Source: Candidatus Omnitrophota bacterium
GTDB taxonomy: Bacteria; Omnitrophota; Omnitrophia; Omnitrophales; Aquincolibacteriaceae
Length of the DNA: 64,000 nt
NCBI GenBank assembly: GCA_903884815.1
Contig: CAISGE010000002.1
Location: forward strand, 109,955 to 173,954
Direction of reading: 5' to 3'
Below the pieces are notes generated by a model. That model searched no databases, was not told where the DNA came from, and was given only the letters and a program-made list of their open reading frames with translations. Made by a program: the position numbers and the translations under genes. Of this stretch, positions 36,829 through 46,606 are shown piece after piece. Each line of letters opens with the position of its first letter. The stretch's first letter is position 1.

Positions 36829-37938
36829 ATGAAAGAGGACAAATTGTTCGAATCTTTTTCGATCGGGGGCATGCGCCTTAAAAACAGGATCGTCCTTGCT
36901 CCCATGACTCGGGCACGGGCGGGCACAAGCCGCGTCCCCAACGAGCTGATGGCGGAATATTATCTCCAGCGCTCCGGCGCCGGGATGCTGATCACGGAAG
37001 CGACCGTGATCTCGGAGCAGGGGATCGGCTGGGGCGGGACTCCGGGGATCTACACGCAGGCCATGGCGGAGGGATGGAAAAAGATCACTCAAACGGTCCA
37101 GGCGGGCGGGGCGCCGGTCATTCTTCAGCTCTGGCATTGCGGGAGGGTCTCGCACAGTGATTTCTTGGGAGGCGCGCTTCCGGTTTCAGCTTCGGCCGTG
37201 AAGATCGATAACGGCGAGCTGGTCCGTACGCCACTCGGTAAAAAACCTTATGAGGTCCCGCGCGCTTTGACGACAGGTGAAGTCAAGGCGGTGGTGCAGG
37301 ATTTCCGGGCCGCGGCGGTCCACGCGAAATCGGCCGGCTTCTCGGGCATCGAGATCCACGGGGCGAATGGTTATCTGATCAATCAATTTCTCGATCCGAA
37401 AGCGAACCTGCGCACGGATGCTTACGGGGGGGACGTCCTGAACCGCTTCCGTTTCCTGAGAGAGATCCTGGAAGCGGTGCTGGAGGTTTGGCGCCCCGAG
37501 GAAGTGGGCGTACGCATTTCTCCGAACGGGGTCTTTAACGATATGGGCAGTGACGATTTCAGGGAGACCTATCTTTTTGTCGCGAAAGAATTAAATCAGC
37601 TGCGGCTGGGCTATCTGCACGTCATGGACGGTCTGGCCTTTGGTTTTCATGGCAAAGGAGAGCCGATGAAGCTTTCGGAGTTCCGGGGGATCTTTTCCGG
37701 GGCGATCCTCGGTAATTGTGGGTACACGCGTGAACTGGCAGAGCAGCGGGTCGGGCAGGGCGACGCGGACCTGATCGCCTTCGGCCGTCCGTTTATCACC
37801 AACCCGGACCTGGCCGACCGCTTCAAAAACGACTGGCCCCTCAATCCCTTCAGCGATATGTCCCAATGGTACGGCGGGGGAGCGGCCGGGTATACGGATT
37901 ATTTGCCGTTTGCTGCGGCCCAATCGGCTCAGGGGTGA
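36829..37938 (+). CDS. Old yellow enzyme / alkene reductase (NemA-like)
   Basis: NRIVLAPMTRAR, QLWHCGRVSH, EIHGANGYLINQF, FGRPFITNPDL. Confidence 0.95.
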   Translation: MKEDKLFESFSIGGMRLKNRIVLAPMTRARAGTSRVPNELMAEYYLQRSGAGMLITEATVISEQGIGWGGTPGIYTQAMAEGWKKITQTVQAGGAPVILQLWHCGRVSHSDFLGGALPVSASAVKIDNGELVRTPLGKKPYEVPRALTTGEVKAVVQDFRAAAVHAKSAGFSGIEIHGANGYLINQFLDPKANLRTDAYGGDVLNRFRFLREILEAVLEVWRPEEVGVRISPNGVFNDMGSDDFRETYLFVAKELNQLRLGYLHVMDGLAFGFHGKGEPMKLSEFRGIFSGAILGNCGYTRELAEQRVGQGDADLIAFGRPFITNPDLADRFKNDWPLNPFSDMSQWYGGGAAGYTDYLPFAAAQSAQG

Positions 37939-38077
37939 GTGGGGGACAGACCGGGCGCGTTTCGCTCCATATAGCTTCTAGGTAATATGGCCGAAGTTAA
38001 TAAGGCTTGGCTTTCTTGAGGCTTAGAGGATACAAACGGAAGCGCATATCCATTCAAAAAATGGCGGGTTTGATAAA

Positions 38078-39622
38078 GTGAAAAAGTTTTTTAACGCAAT
38101 CACCGGCTGGATGACTGAAGAAACATTCAGACGCAGCGATCTGTTCGTGCTCGCGCTCTACGGGCTGCTGATCGGGTTCGGGATCCGGTATCACGAGCCG
38201 TGGAGCGACGAGGCGCTGCCCTGGATCATCGCGCGGGATACCGATCTGCGCGGCTTCCTTGGGATGATCCTTCAGAATTGGGACAGGCATCCGGGGCTTT
38301 TCCACGTCCTTCTGCTCCCCTTCGTGAAGCTCGGCTTTCCTTATTTTACCCAGGCCATTCTGAACGCTCTCCTGGCGCTTCTGGCGGCTTTCCTTTTTCT
38401 GACGAAGGCGCCCTTTCCACGGATCTTCCGGTATCTTTTTCTGTTCACCTATTACATGCTCTTTGAATATTCCGTGGTCGTTCGTCCCTACATGCTCACC
38501 GTCGTCCTTCTGTTCATTCTGGCGGTTTTTTATCCCAAGCGCGAGAGCCGGCCGATCACCTACGCGCTTCTGATCACCCTGTTGTTTCACGCGGACTATA
38601 TGAGTTTTGGATTGGGAGTGGGATTGACGGCAGCTTATCTGGTGGAATATGGACGCCTGTTTAAAACGAAGCCACGTTTGGCCGCGGCGTTCGCCTTGAT
38701 GGCGCTGAATGCGCTGTGGATCGGGTGGATGGCCCACGCGCTTCCGGCGGGGCACGGGGAATATGGCAATAAATGGGCGCCGGATATCCTGAACTTCGTG
38801 AAGCCCCTGGCAAACGCCTTTTTTCCGTTCTCGGATCTGGGCCGGCACGCGGCTTTCGCGTTCCCCACGGCCGTGATCGCCGGAAGCTATGTTTTGATCG
38901 CGACGTTCGTCTCTCTGATCCGGCGTCGGATACCCGCCTTGATCCTGGGCGTTTCCTTGGCGTACCTTTTTACGGTTTTTACGTTTTTCCACGGAGGCGA
39001 TTACCGCAATCACGGTTTTATTTTACTCAGCGTTCTCTTTGCTCTCTGGATCGCCCGGGATTCCGCCGGGGAGGCTCCGGCCGCTCCCGGGACCGGAAGA
39101 AGTGCCCGGCCCTGGTTCGGTCAACTTGCGATTGCGATCATGAGCCTTTGCATTCTCCTGGGCCTTCAGAATCTCAGTTTTGTTTATCGCCTGGAATATC
39201 ACCTTCCTTTCTCGGGGAGCCGGGATATGGCCCGGGTGATCGCGGGGATCGAAAAAAAGAACCACATTTTCGAACAGGGATTTGTGATCGTTTCACCGCA
39301 CAAGAATTCCGTGGGGCTGATGCCTTATTTGCCCGGCGTGAGGTTCTGGAATCCCTGCACGGGCAATTACGCGGAATACTACCGGTTGACGCGGGAAACG
39401 TCCCGGTGTAATGATCTTCCCGAGGCGGCGGCCGTTCAGATTGCGAAGGGTTATTTTAGGGATCTAAGCCGTGTCCTGTTCCTTTTCCGGAATCCCTTGC
39501 CGGCAATGACAGATCCGGATTATGAATATCAAGAACTCTACCGGGTCAGTCCCGCTTTCGGACACTGGCAGGAAACGTTTTCTCTTTACCGGGCGCTGCC
39601 CAAGGTTTCTCCGGCGAAATGA
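38078..39622 (+). CDS. Polytopic GT-C-like membrane glycosyltransferase, paralog 1
   Basis: HEPWSDE after TM1, HPGLFH, YSVVVRPY, many TMs. Confidence 0.7.
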   Translation: MKKFFNAITGWMTEETFRRSDLFVLALYGLLIGFGIRYHEPWSDEALPWIIARDTDLRGFLGMILQNWDRHPGLFHVLLLPFVKLGFPYFTQAILNALLALLAAFLFLTKAPFPRIFRYLFLFTYYMLFEYSVVVRPYMLTVVLLFILAVFYPKRESRPITYALLITLLFHADYMSFGLGVGLTAAYLVEYGRLFKTKPRLAAAFALMALNALWIGWMAHALPAGHGEYGNKWAPDILNFVKPLANAFFPFSDLGRHAAFAFPTAVIAGSYVLIATFVSLIRRRIPALILGVSLAYLFTVFTFFHGGDYRNHGFILLSVLFALWIARDSAGEAPAAPGTGRSARPWFGQLAIAIMSLCILLGLQNLSFVYRLEYHLPFSGSRDMARVIAGIEKKNHIFEQGFVIVSPHKNSVGLMPYLPGVRFWNPCTGNYAEYYRLTRETSRCNDLPEAAAVQIAKGYFRDLSRVLFLFRNPLPAMTDPDYEYQELYRVSPAFGHWQETFSLYRALPKVSPAK

Positions 39623-39647
39623 TGTACGTGGCGAGAAGGAACGATTG

Positions 39648-41234
39648 ATGCAAATAACTTTTAAAAGTAGCCTGGAGCTTGTCCTGTCTTTACCGAAGAA
39701 GGTCATGGGCTGGCTGCTCGACGAAAAATTCCGCAGAACGGACCTCCTGGTGCTGGCTGTTTATGGCGTGATCGTCAGCTTCGGGATCTGGCACCACGAG
39801 CCCTGGGGCGACGAGGCTTATCCCTGGATCATTGCCCGGGACGCGGACTGGCGGACCTTTCTGGAGATCCTCTTCACGAATCGGGACCGGCACCCCGGAC
39901 TTTTCTATCTCGTGATCCTTCCTTGGGTCAAGCTGGGCTTTCCGTATATCGCCCAGGGGATTTTGAATCTCCTCTTTGCGCTTGGAGCGGCGTTTCTCTG
40001 GCTCAAGCGCGCGCCTTTTCCCCGCGTGTTCCGCTACCTTTTCCTGTTCTCCTTTTACATGCTTTACGAGTACGCCGTGATCACGCGGAATTATATGATG
40101 TCGCTTCTGATCCTTTTTGCTATCGCGGCCTTGTATCCCAAGCGAACGGAGCGCCCGATGGTTTACGCGATTCTGGTCGCCCTTCTTTTGCACGCGGATT
40201 TTATGTGCCTGGGCCTCGGGCTCGGATTGACAGCCGTCTTTGCCTGGGAGCACCGGAACAAATTTGCCGGAAACCGTCCGCTCATCATCTCCATGACCTT
40301 GATGACATTCTCAGCCCTGCTCGTCCTCTGGATCGCACACGCGCTTCCTCTGGACCATCCCGCACGCGGCCGGCATCTCGCATTTTCCGTGAGCCAATGC
40401 CTCGTTCCCGTCAGCAAGGCGTTCCTCCCGTTTTTTAACGACAGTCAAACTCCGGGATTGCCTCGGGTGGCGATGCTTGCCAGCTTCACGGCATTTTTTC
40501 TTTCGTGGATCGCGCTCTTGCGAAAGCCCGCGCCTCTTGTGATCTTGGGGTGCGCGCTCGCGCCGCTTTTTTACATCTTTAATTTCGTGGATGTCGGGGA
40601 TTACCGCCACTACGGATTCATTCTGGTCAGTATTATTTTCACGTTTTGGATCGCGGCAAGTTATCCCGCGCCGCTGGGGACTGCGCCCACGGTTTGGCCC
40701 CGTCGCACGCGAGCCGCAGTGATCGCGCTCATGTGCGCGTTCTTTTTTGTGGGCCTCCGTGCGGTCAACTTTATTTATATGATGGAATACAAGTTGCCCT
40801 TTTCGGGGTCGCGTGACGCCGCGGACGCTGTTAAATTATTGGAGAGGCGCTACGGCCTTTTGAGTCAGGGTTTTACGGTCGTGGCCAAGAACGCGAACGC
40901 CATCAGTCTCATGCCGTATTTGCCCGGGGTGAAGTTTTGGAACCCTTGCACGAGAAGCTTTGCCCGTTACTATTACAATAATAAGGCGCTGGCCGCCTGC
41001 ACCGAGGTTCCTTCTTATGAAGCGGTCCTGCGGACGAAAGCTGCTTGGGGAGACATTAGCAAGGCGATCTTCCTCTTCGATGCTCCGCTTCCGGTCCCGG
41101 AGGACGCTGATTACAAGTATGAGAACTTTTTCACTTCCCGGAAAGGGTTTGGCTATACGTACGAGACTTTCTATTTCTATCGCGCGATCCCTAAAGGGGC
41201 TCCGGTATCTCCCGCGGGACAGGCGGCGCGCTAA
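39648..41234 (+). CDS. Polytopic GT-C-like membrane glycosyltransferase, paralog 2
   Basis: HEPWGDE, HPGLFY, YAVITRNY; colinear with paralog 1. Confidence 0.7.
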   Translation: MQITFKSSLELVLSLPKKVMGWLLDEKFRRTDLLVLAVYGVIVSFGIWHHEPWGDEAYPWIIARDADWRTFLEILFTNRDRHPGLFYLVILPWVKLGFPYIAQGILNLLFALGAAFLWLKRAPFPRVFRYLFLFSFYMLYEYAVITRNYMMSLLILFAIAALYPKRTERPMVYAILVALLLHADFMCLGLGLGLTAVFAWEHRNKFAGNRPLIISMTLMTFSALLVLWIAHALPLDHPARGRHLAFSVSQCLVPVSKAFLPFFNDSQTPGLPRVAMLASFTAFFLSWIALLRKPAPLVILGCALAPLFYIFNFVDVGDYRHYGFILVSIIFTFWIAASYPAPLGTAPTVWPRRTRAAVIALMCAFFFVGLRAVNFIYMMEYKLPFSGSRDAADAVKLLERRYGLLSQGFTVVAKNANAISLMPYLPGVKFWNPCTRSFARYYYNNKALAACTEVPSYEAVLRTKAAWGDISKAIFLFDAPLPVPEDADYKYENFFTSRKGFGYTYETFYFYRAIPKGAPVSPAGQAAR

Positions 41235-41317
41235 AAGACGGTATCCTGGATCTCGTGATTTGGAATTTGATTTCGCGGAGAAGGGGGAGTATCCTTATCC
41301 GCAAGGAGAACTGATCT

Positions 41318-41764
41318 GTGGCCCAAAAAAAACGCAAGTCTTTCACCCTTCATGAAGCGCACGCGCTTCTGCCGGAACTCGAAAAACGCCTGAAACATCT
41401 CCGCGACAAAAAAGAGACCTACAGCCGCACCCACGATCTTCTTTTCATGCACGAACTTGTTTGCGCGGCCGAACGCTCCCACGGACTTTCGGACGAAACC
41501 GACGACCTGGAGGACGGCATTCACGCGCTCGAAGACGCGATCGAGGATCTTGCCAAGGACGTCGAGGCGATCTTTGCGACAGGGTGCCTGCTCCGCAATA
41601 TCGAAAGAGGACATATCGAGTTCTTCGGTTCCCATGATGGGATGGAGGTTTATTTTTCCTGGCAGCTCGGTGAGCCAGAGATCGGCCACTACCGTCCGAT
41701 CGGGAAAAAGATCCATGAGCGTGTTCCGCTTGATCCCAAACGGCCGGGCAAGAAAAAAACTTAA
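41318..41764 (+). CDS. DUF2203 family protein
   Basis: FTLHEAHALLP ... G.IEF...VYFSWQLGEPEI. Confidence 0.85.
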   Translation: MAQKKRKSFTLHEAHALLPELEKRLKHLRDKKETYSRTHDLLFMHELVCAAERSHGLSDETDDLEDGIHALEDAIEDLAKDVEAIFATGCLLRNIERGHIEFFGSHDGMEVYFSWQLGEPEIGHYRPIGKKIHERVPLDPKRPGKKKT

Positions 41765-41798
41765 AGCCGGTTCCATGCAGCTATCCCCAGGAGGCACT

Positions 41799-43232
41799 AT
41801 GAACGTCCGCTCAAGCTTGTCTTTACTACTTCTCATGACACTTCCCCTCGTTTGCTGCTCTGCCGCGACCGGTGCGCCGTCTCAAAGCACTTTGGCGGAC
41901 CAGGCCGCGATCGAGCTCACCGTCTATAACAGCAATATCGCCCTCGTGAAGGACACGCGGCAGGTGACACTTCCGGCCGGGGAAGGGGAGCTCCGCTTCA
42001 TGGACGTGGCCTCCAGCATCAATCCCGTGACGGTGAGCGCGCGGTCGCTTAATTTCCCCAATGATTTTTCGATACTCGACCAGAATTACGAGTATGACCT
42101 GATCAGCGAATCCCGGCTTCTCGATAAATACGTCGGCAAGAAGCTCAAAATCCTCCGTTGGGACGAGACCCTCACCAAAAGAGAAGAGGTCGAGGCGACG
42201 CTTTTGAGTAATAACGACGGGCAGATCTATCAGATCGGGAGTGAAATCTATCTCGGGTACCCCGGCACCAAGGTCGTTCCGACGATCCCGGAAAATCTTA
42301 TCTCCAAGCCGACCCTGACCTGGCTTTTCACGAACAAGAGCACGAAGGCGCATCAGCTCGAGGTTTCCTATCTGACCGGGAATATTAGCTGGAAAGCGGA
42401 CTATGTGGCGACGCTCTCGGGAGATGACAAATCTCTCGGATTGTCCGGATGGGTCACGATCGACAATCAAAGCGGCGCGATGTACAAAGACGCGCGCCTC
42501 AAGCTCGTCGCCGGCGATGTCAATCGCGTCCAAGATAACTTTAGGGAGAAATCCATGATGCCTACCGAATCGATGGCGATGAACGGTGCCGCGGCCCAGC
42601 AGTTCGAGGAGAAGGCCTTCTTTGAATATCATATCTACGATTTGCAGCGAAGGACCACGATCAAGGACAGGCAGACCAAACAGATCAGCCTGCTGGAAGC
42701 CTCTGGAGTTGACGCGAAGAAGGAATTCCTGGTTTCCGGTGACGCTAATTATTATTTTTACGCCATGCCGGGTCAGAAGCAAAAGCAGGATGTGAATGTT
42801 TTTATCGAATTCAGGAACTCCCAGGCCAATCACGTCGGGATGCCGCTTCCCCAGGGGACGGTGCGGATGTACAAGAAAGACACCGACGGTAGCCTCCAGT
42901 TTATCGGTGAGGACAATATCCGCCACACCCCCAAGGATGAGGTCGTGCGTCTCAAGATCGGCAAGGCCTTCGATGTGGTGGCCGAGCGCGTTCAGATGGA
43001 CTACAAGCATATTTCTTCGAACATGCACGAGAGCGAGTGGGAAGTGACGATCCGCAACCACAAGACCTCCGCGATCGACGTGGCGATCCTTGAGCCGCTT
43101 TACTCCGACTGGAAAGTCCTGACGAGTACGCACGAGTATAAGAAGGTGGATGCCAACACTTTACGTTTTGATGTTCCCGTCGGAAAAGACCAGGAAGTCG
43201 TCGTTCGCTACCGCGTTCAGGTCAAATCCTGA
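41799..43232 (+). CDS. Exported DUF4139 domain protein
   Basis: LTVYNSNIALVKDTR, QNYEYDL, SYLT..ISWKADY, FEYHIY, GMPLP.G.VR.Y. Confidence 0.88.
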   Translation: MNVRSSLSLLLLMTLPLVCCSAATGAPSQSTLADQAAIELTVYNSNIALVKDTRQVTLPAGEGELRFMDVASSINPVTVSARSLNFPNDFSILDQNYEYDLISESRLLDKYVGKKLKILRWDETLTKREEVEATLLSNNDGQIYQIGSEIYLGYPGTKVVPTIPENLISKPTLTWLFTNKSTKAHQLEVSYLTGNISWKADYVATLSGDDKSLGLSGWVTIDNQSGAMYKDARLKLVAGDVNRVQDNFREKSMMPTESMAMNGAAAQQFEEKAFFEYHIYDLQRRTTIKDRQTKQISLLEASGVDAKKEFLVSGDANYYFYAMPGQKQKQDVNVFIEFRNSQANHVGMPLPQGTVRMYKKDTDGSLQFIGEDNIRHTPKDEVVRLKIGKAFDVVAERVQMDYKHISSNMHESEWEVTIRNHKTSAIDVAILEPLYSDWKVLTSTHEYKKVDANTLRFDVPVGKDQEVVVRYRVQVKS

Positions 43233-43285
43233 GGGCGAAGCTCCAAGAATCAACTGAAGTAAAACCCGAAAAAAAAGAGGTTCCA

Positions 43286-44740
43286 ATGTTCCGGTGCATT
43301 CATGGTGACTGCCAAAAATATAAAAATCTCCTTAACGGCGAGTGGGTAGCCCCCGCTTCAAAAAAATGGGACAAGATCGTTTCCCCGTCCGATGGTTCTC
43401 TGGTGGGGGAAGTGCCCGCGATGAGCCGGGAAGAGGCGGATGAGTTTCTCAAGTCCGCGGCCGCGGCGCAAAAGGGCTGGGAGGCGGTGCCGGTCAATGA
43501 ACGTGCCGCTCTTTTGCACAAGGCGGCCGATATCCTGGAGAGTGAAAAGGATGTGATCGCGGAAGTACTGATGCGGGAGATCTCCAGGAACCGGAAATCC
43601 TGTGTTTCCGAGGTGGTCCGTACGGCGGATCTGATCCGTTTCACGGCAGAAGAGGGCAAGCGCGTCACCGGGGAAAGTATTTCTTCCGGAGCGTTTCCCG
43701 GCTTTCACGAAACGAAACTCTCGATCGTGAACCGAGTCCCGGTCGGGGTGGTGCTCGCGATCGCGCCTTTCAATTATCCGATCAACCTGGCGGCTTCCAA
43801 GATCACCCCGGCGCTTGTGGCGGGGAATTCCGTGCTTTTTAAACCCCCGACGCAAGGGTCCGTGAGCGCCCTTTATCTCGCGCGCGTTTTCTGCGAGGCA
43901 GGGATCCCGGCGGGGGTTCTGAACGTCATTACGGGACAGGGCCGCGTGATCGGAGACTATTTGGTCAGCCATCCGCTTGTGAATATGGTGGCCTTCACGG
44001 GAAGCAGCAAGGTCGGGAAGCACATTGCTTCGCTTGTCGGGATGAAGCCCCTTCTTTTAGAGCTCGGCGGCAAGGACGCGGCGATTATTCTGGAAGATGC
44101 CGATCTTGTTTTGGCCGCAAAACATATTGTCGGGGGCGCTTTCTCGTATTCCGGCCAGCGTTGCACGGCCGTGAAGCGCATTCTCGTACTGGATTCTGTG
44201 GCCGACAAGCTGATCGAGCAGATCCTGCCTCTGGTCCGGGCTCTGACCGTGGGTCGCCCTGAAGATAACGCGGAAATCACCCCGCTGATCACCACCGAGG
44301 CCGCGGATTTCGTCCAAGAGCTGATCGACGATGCGATTCAGAAAGGCGCCAAGTTGTTGACCGGGAATAAACGCGAAGGGAACATTATTTATCCGACGCT
44401 CTTTGACCAAGTGACCGTGGATATGCGGATCGCCTGGGAGGAGCCTTTCGGGCCGGTGCTTCCCATCCTGCGCGTGAAATCAATCGAGGAAGCGGTCAAG
44501 ATCACGAATGATTCCGAATACGGTCTCCAGGCGTCCATCTTCACAAAAAGTATCGACGAGGCTTTCCGGGTGGCGGCGCGCCTTGATGTCGGGACGATCC
44601 AGGTCAACGGAAAGACAGAGCGCGGACCGGATCATTTCCCGTTCGTCGGGGTCAAGAGCTCCGGAATGGGAACCCAGGGGATCCGTTATTCGATCGAAGC
44701 CATGACGCGCTGCAAGGCCGTCGTTCTTAATTTTAACTAG
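43286..44740 (+). CDS. gapN: Non-phosphorylating NADP-dependent glyceraldehyde-3-phosphate dehydrogenase
   Basis: PFNYPINLAASKI, KPPTQGS, ELGGKD, FSYSGQRCTAVKR, RGPDHFPF, GTQGIRYSIEAM. Confidence 0.9.
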   Translation: MFRCIHGDCQKYKNLLNGEWVAPASKKWDKIVSPSDGSLVGEVPAMSREEADEFLKSAAAAQKGWEAVPVNERAALLHKAADILESEKDVIAEVLMREISRNRKSCVSEVVRTADLIRFTAEEGKRVTGESISSGAFPGFHETKLSIVNRVPVGVVLAIAPFNYPINLAASKITPALVAGNSVLFKPPTQGSVSALYLARVFCEAGIPAGVLNVITGQGRVIGDYLVSHPLVNMVAFTGSSKVGKHIASLVGMKPLLLELGGKDAAIILEDADLVLAAKHIVGGAFSYSGQRCTAVKRILVLDSVADKLIEQILPLVRALTVGRPEDNAEITPLITTEAADFVQELIDDAIQKGAKLLTGNKREGNIIYPTLFDQVTVDMRIAWEEPFGPVLPILRVKSIEEAVKITNDSEYGLQASIFTKSIDEAFRVAARLDVGTIQVNGKTERGPDHFPFVGVKSSGMGTQGIRYSIEAMTRCKAVVLNFN

Positions 44741-44889
44741 GCTGTTCGGGGGTCTGATTTCCGCGCCGGAAGCGTCTATTTTTCGCTTTACGAGCATCGG
44801 ATGACTCAGTACTATGCGTTCGTGACTTGGGGCGAGCCCCCGCCTTCCTGCGTATTCGAAGCACTATTGAACCGTTAAAGGAGAAAATT

Positions 44890-45522
44890 ATGCCCTTCGG
44901 ATTCCTTCTACCCAAAGAAACCAGCTTTTATGACTATTTTGACAAGCAGGCGGATTACGCCGTTCAGGCGGCGGCCCAATTCGTGAAGATGGTGGCGGAT
45001 TTCAAAGTCGACGAAGCCGAGGTCGGGATCATGAAGGAGATCGAGCACGGCGGGGACGAAGTCACCCACCAGATCATGGACCAGCTCAACAATACGTTCA
45101 TCACGCCGTTCGACCGGGAGGATATTCACGATCTGGCCAAAAGGCTCGATGATATCGTGGACATACTCTACACCCTCACCAAGCGTCTCCGCGTCTATAA
45201 GATCCTGAGCATGGAGCGGAACCTCACGGAATTTGCCCGCGTGATCGAAATGTCCGTCAAAGGCGTTTCTCAGGCCGTCAAAGGCCTCCGGGACATGAAG
45301 AACAGCAAGAATGTCCTCAAAGCCTGCATCGAAGTGAATAACCTCGAGAATCTCGGGGACAGGATGCGGGATGACATGCTGAGCGAGCTTTTCGAAAAAC
45401 ACGGTAAAGATCCCATCGCCGTGATCAAGTGGAAGGATATTTATCAGGACGCGGAAACGGTCCTGGACGTTTGTGAGGATGTGGTCCACGTCGTCGAATC
45501 CATTCTCGTCAAACACGCCTGA
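44890..45522 (+). CDS. DUF47 phosphate transport regulator (Pit accessory)
   Basis: EHGGDE...TFITPFDREDIH, IKWKDIY; directly upstream of pit. Confidence 0.92.
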   Translation: MPFGFLLPKETSFYDYFDKQADYAVQAAAQFVKMVADFKVDEAEVGIMKEIEHGGDEVTHQIMDQLNNTFITPFDREDIHDLAKRLDDIVDILYTLTKRLRVYKILSMERNLTEFARVIEMSVKGVSQAVKGLRDMKNSKNVLKACIEVNNLENLGDRMRDDMLSELFEKHGKDPIAVIKWKDIYQDAETVLDVCEDVVHVVESILVKHA

Positions 45523-45533
45523 GAATTGCCGCG

Positions 45534-46526
45534 ATGACCCTCTGGATCCTCTTCCTGATCGTGCTGGCGCTTTCCTTTGATTTCCTGAACGGTTTTCACG
45601 ATTCCGCGAACTCCATTGCGACGGTCGTTTCCACGCGCGTTCTTTCGCCCCAGCATGCGGTGATCTGGGCCGCCTTCTTCAACTTCATCGCGTTCCTTTT
45701 CTTCGGGCTCCACGTGGCCAATACCATCGGGAAGGGAATCATCGATATCCACATCGTGGACAGCCAGATCATCTTTGGCGCCTTGATGGGTGCGTGTGCT
45801 TGGAACATTATCACCTGGTATTACGGGCTTCCCACGAGCTCTTCCCACGCTTTGATCGGTGGGCTGGTGGGATCGGCGCTTGTGAAGGCCGGGACGGGGG
45901 CTCTCGTTTGGGGCGGGATCATCAAAACGGTGGCTTTCATCATTATCTCCCCCGTCGTGGGTCTTATTCTTGGGGTTGTCTACGGAGTTATTGTCCACTG
46001 GATTGCCCGGAAAAGTTCTCTGGCGGGTGTCGATCATTGGTTCAGAAAAGGGCAGCTGGTTTCCGCGGCGCTTTACAGCCTGGGACATGGCGGCAATGAT
46101 GCGCAAAAGACCATGGGTATCATCGCAAGCCTTCTTTTCAGCGCGGGGCTTCTTGGTAAGGAGTTTCATATCCCGTTCTGGATCGTGATCACCTGTCATT
46201 CCGCGATCGCCCTTGGAACGATGTCGGGGGGATGGCGGATCGTGAAGACCATGGGACAGAAAGTCGCGAAACTTCGCCCCGTGGATGGTTTTTGTGCGGA
46301 GGCAGGAGCGGCGACAAGCCTTTTCGTGGCATCCGCGTTCGGGATCCCGGTCAGCACGACCCATACGATCACCGGCGCCATCATGGGCGTTGGTTCCCTG
46401 AAACGGATGAGCGCGGTACGGTGGGGAGTGGCGGGGAGTATTGTTTGGGCCTGGATCATCACGATCCCGTGTTCGGCGGCGATCTCTGCTATTTCTTACA
46501 GCGCGGCAAAATATTTCATGAAATAG
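45534..46526 (+). CDS. pit: Inorganic phosphate transporter (PiT family)
   Basis: NGFHDSANSIAT, PTSSSH, HGGNDAQKTMG, PVSTTH. Confidence 0.95.
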   Translation: MTLWILFLIVLALSFDFLNGFHDSANSIATVVSTRVLSPQHAVIWAAFFNFIAFLFFGLHVANTIGKGIIDIHIVDSQIIFGALMGACAWNIITWYYGLPTSSSHALIGGLVGSALVKAGTGALVWGGIIKTVAFIIISPVVGLILGVVYGVIVHWIARKSSLAGVDHWFRKGQLVSAALYSLGHGGNDAQKTMGIIASLLFSAGLLGKEFHIPFWIVITCHSAIALGTMSGGWRIVKTMGQKVAKLRPVDGFCAEAGAATSLFVASAFGIPVSTTHTITGAIMGVGSLKRMSAVRWGVAGSIVWAWIITIPCSAAISAISYSAAKYFMK

Positions 46527-46606
46527 GCGCGCCCCGGTTTTCTTTTAGTTTTTACGGGAAACCGGGACAATCCTGATTTGTTGTAGATTCTTTTAATGAA
46601 TGATAA

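Noticed and set aside
41826-43133. Long antisense ORFs (also 3865-4890, 17231-18172, 20981-22102, 38054-39013, 53352-54416, 61014-62051)
   Set aside because: Shadows of well-supported genes on the opposite strand in GC-rich coding sequence; no recognisable motifs.
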